From assembly GCA_964187785.1 (NCBI GenBank), contig OZ076413.1:37014001-37078000 (forward strand): 64,000 nucleotides of DNA, written 5' to 3'. The notes below the pieces were generated by a model. The model saw only the letters and a program-made list of their open reading frames with translations. It was not told the origin of the DNA and did no database searches. The stretch's first letter is position 1; the number at the start of each line of letters is the position of its first letter. Position numbers and translations under genes: made by a program. Source of the stretch: Amphiscolops sp. MND2022. Its lineage: Eukaryota. Shown here in pieces: positions 63,060 to 64,000 of the stretch.

Positions 63060-64000
63060 TTGATGCCAGCGCTGTGGCCATCTCTGGCATACTCCATCAG
63101 TGGCAAGGCCCACACGGAGAAAGACGTCTCCGACCGATCGTAGCTATTGTAGCAAAAAGCTAACTGCTACTCATGCGAAGAACGTGGCACCCAAACTGGA
63201 AATGTACGCAGCTTACCACTTAAATGTGAAAAATGACAGTTATTTGTGCCCACGAAAGTTCACATTGAGAGCGGATGATCAGGCACTGTCGTGACTGAAA
63301 ACGTCCTCAACCGATCAAGCCCTCATCGGTAGAGGGATCATGGCACTTGAGAAGTACCATTTTCGTGACGAGCATCGACCACGAACTCAACAGCGCAACG
63401 CCGATGGCCTGTCAAAGCGGACCAATGATTATCAATGGCGCGAACAACCGCTCGACAAGCTTCCTCCTGTTGCTGAGCGTTGGAACTTTCTCTCACAGGC
63501 CGAATATAAACGCCTACCCACTGCGCCGTGGTTCGATGTACAGGGACAGATCATTCCCAACCACCCTGATTTACCACCACACTTGCAGAACTTGCAACCA
63601 ACCCCTCCCAACTTGGTTCAAGGCATCATTCGTCGAACGCAACGAATCAAAAGACAAGAAAAGCAAAAGGAGGCCTTTCAGGAGCCGCTGCCACCACTTC
63701 CTCTAACAGTCCTACATGCTCATGAAGAGTTTTACCCCGACTATCCGGAAGACTGGATAGATGTAACGGAAAAGGCAAGCGATGATTACTTGCTGCCTAC
63801 GCAGGTAGCCAATATTCGCATCACGTACTACCTACCCGCTGGTCGAAACCAACGGAGCAACGTTGCAAAGTGATCCCAACAACGTCAAACAGGAAACAGA
63901 CAGTAATGGCCATTCGAAGCATCAGCACTGAGCTGCTTGAACATGCCCACATGGTACATGGCATTAAAGACATGGTGCTGGCACAGAACCGGGATATTCA
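63060..64000 (+). mobile_element. pol: Gypsy-3 pol fragment (RNaseH C-terminus and linker), 5' truncated, continues past window
   Basis: FTLRADDQALS*LK...IMALEKYHFRDEHRPRTQQRNADGLSKR matches the Gypsy RNaseH end F.LRTDH..L.WL...HRP....NAD.LS. Confidence 0.85.

Noticed and set aside
46444-63294. Stop-codon reassignment explaining in-frame stops at Trp positions
   Set aside because: Trp positions show both TAG (46444, 48961) and TGA (63292), and TAA replaces Tyr (58628). This is ordinary mutational decay.

Overview
AT-rich, repeat-dense eukaryotic DNA (spliceosomal GT-AG introns, LTR retroelements; animal origin is an inference). I found no rRNA, tRNA or CRISPR array. Left half: two large Ty3/Gypsy LTR retrotransposons on the minus strand. 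Gypsy-1 (~3200-16192) has lost RT-RNaseH in frame and carries a ~495-bp hairpin in one LTR. Gypsy-2 (21720-35781) is complete, with TG..CA ends, a 5-bp TSD and a PBS inside gag. Both carry a homologous, intron-containing antisense cargo gene that looks like a dead hAT-type transposase. Gypsy-2 lies in a 16.3-kb intron of a decayed synaptotagmin-like tandem-C2 gene. Right half holds the most interesting signal: two highly diverged genes with collinear RAG1-core/Transib-type DDE motifs, each ending in a BRCT domain. Each lies next to a SET-domain (SET8-like) gene, and a Tudor/Royal-family gene lies between the two pairs. All copies carry stops or frameshifts, and I could not find element termini. 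MITEs, tandem arrays and a third Gypsy pol fragment fill the rest. All domain calls come from motif recognition by eye and need HMM or structure confirmation.
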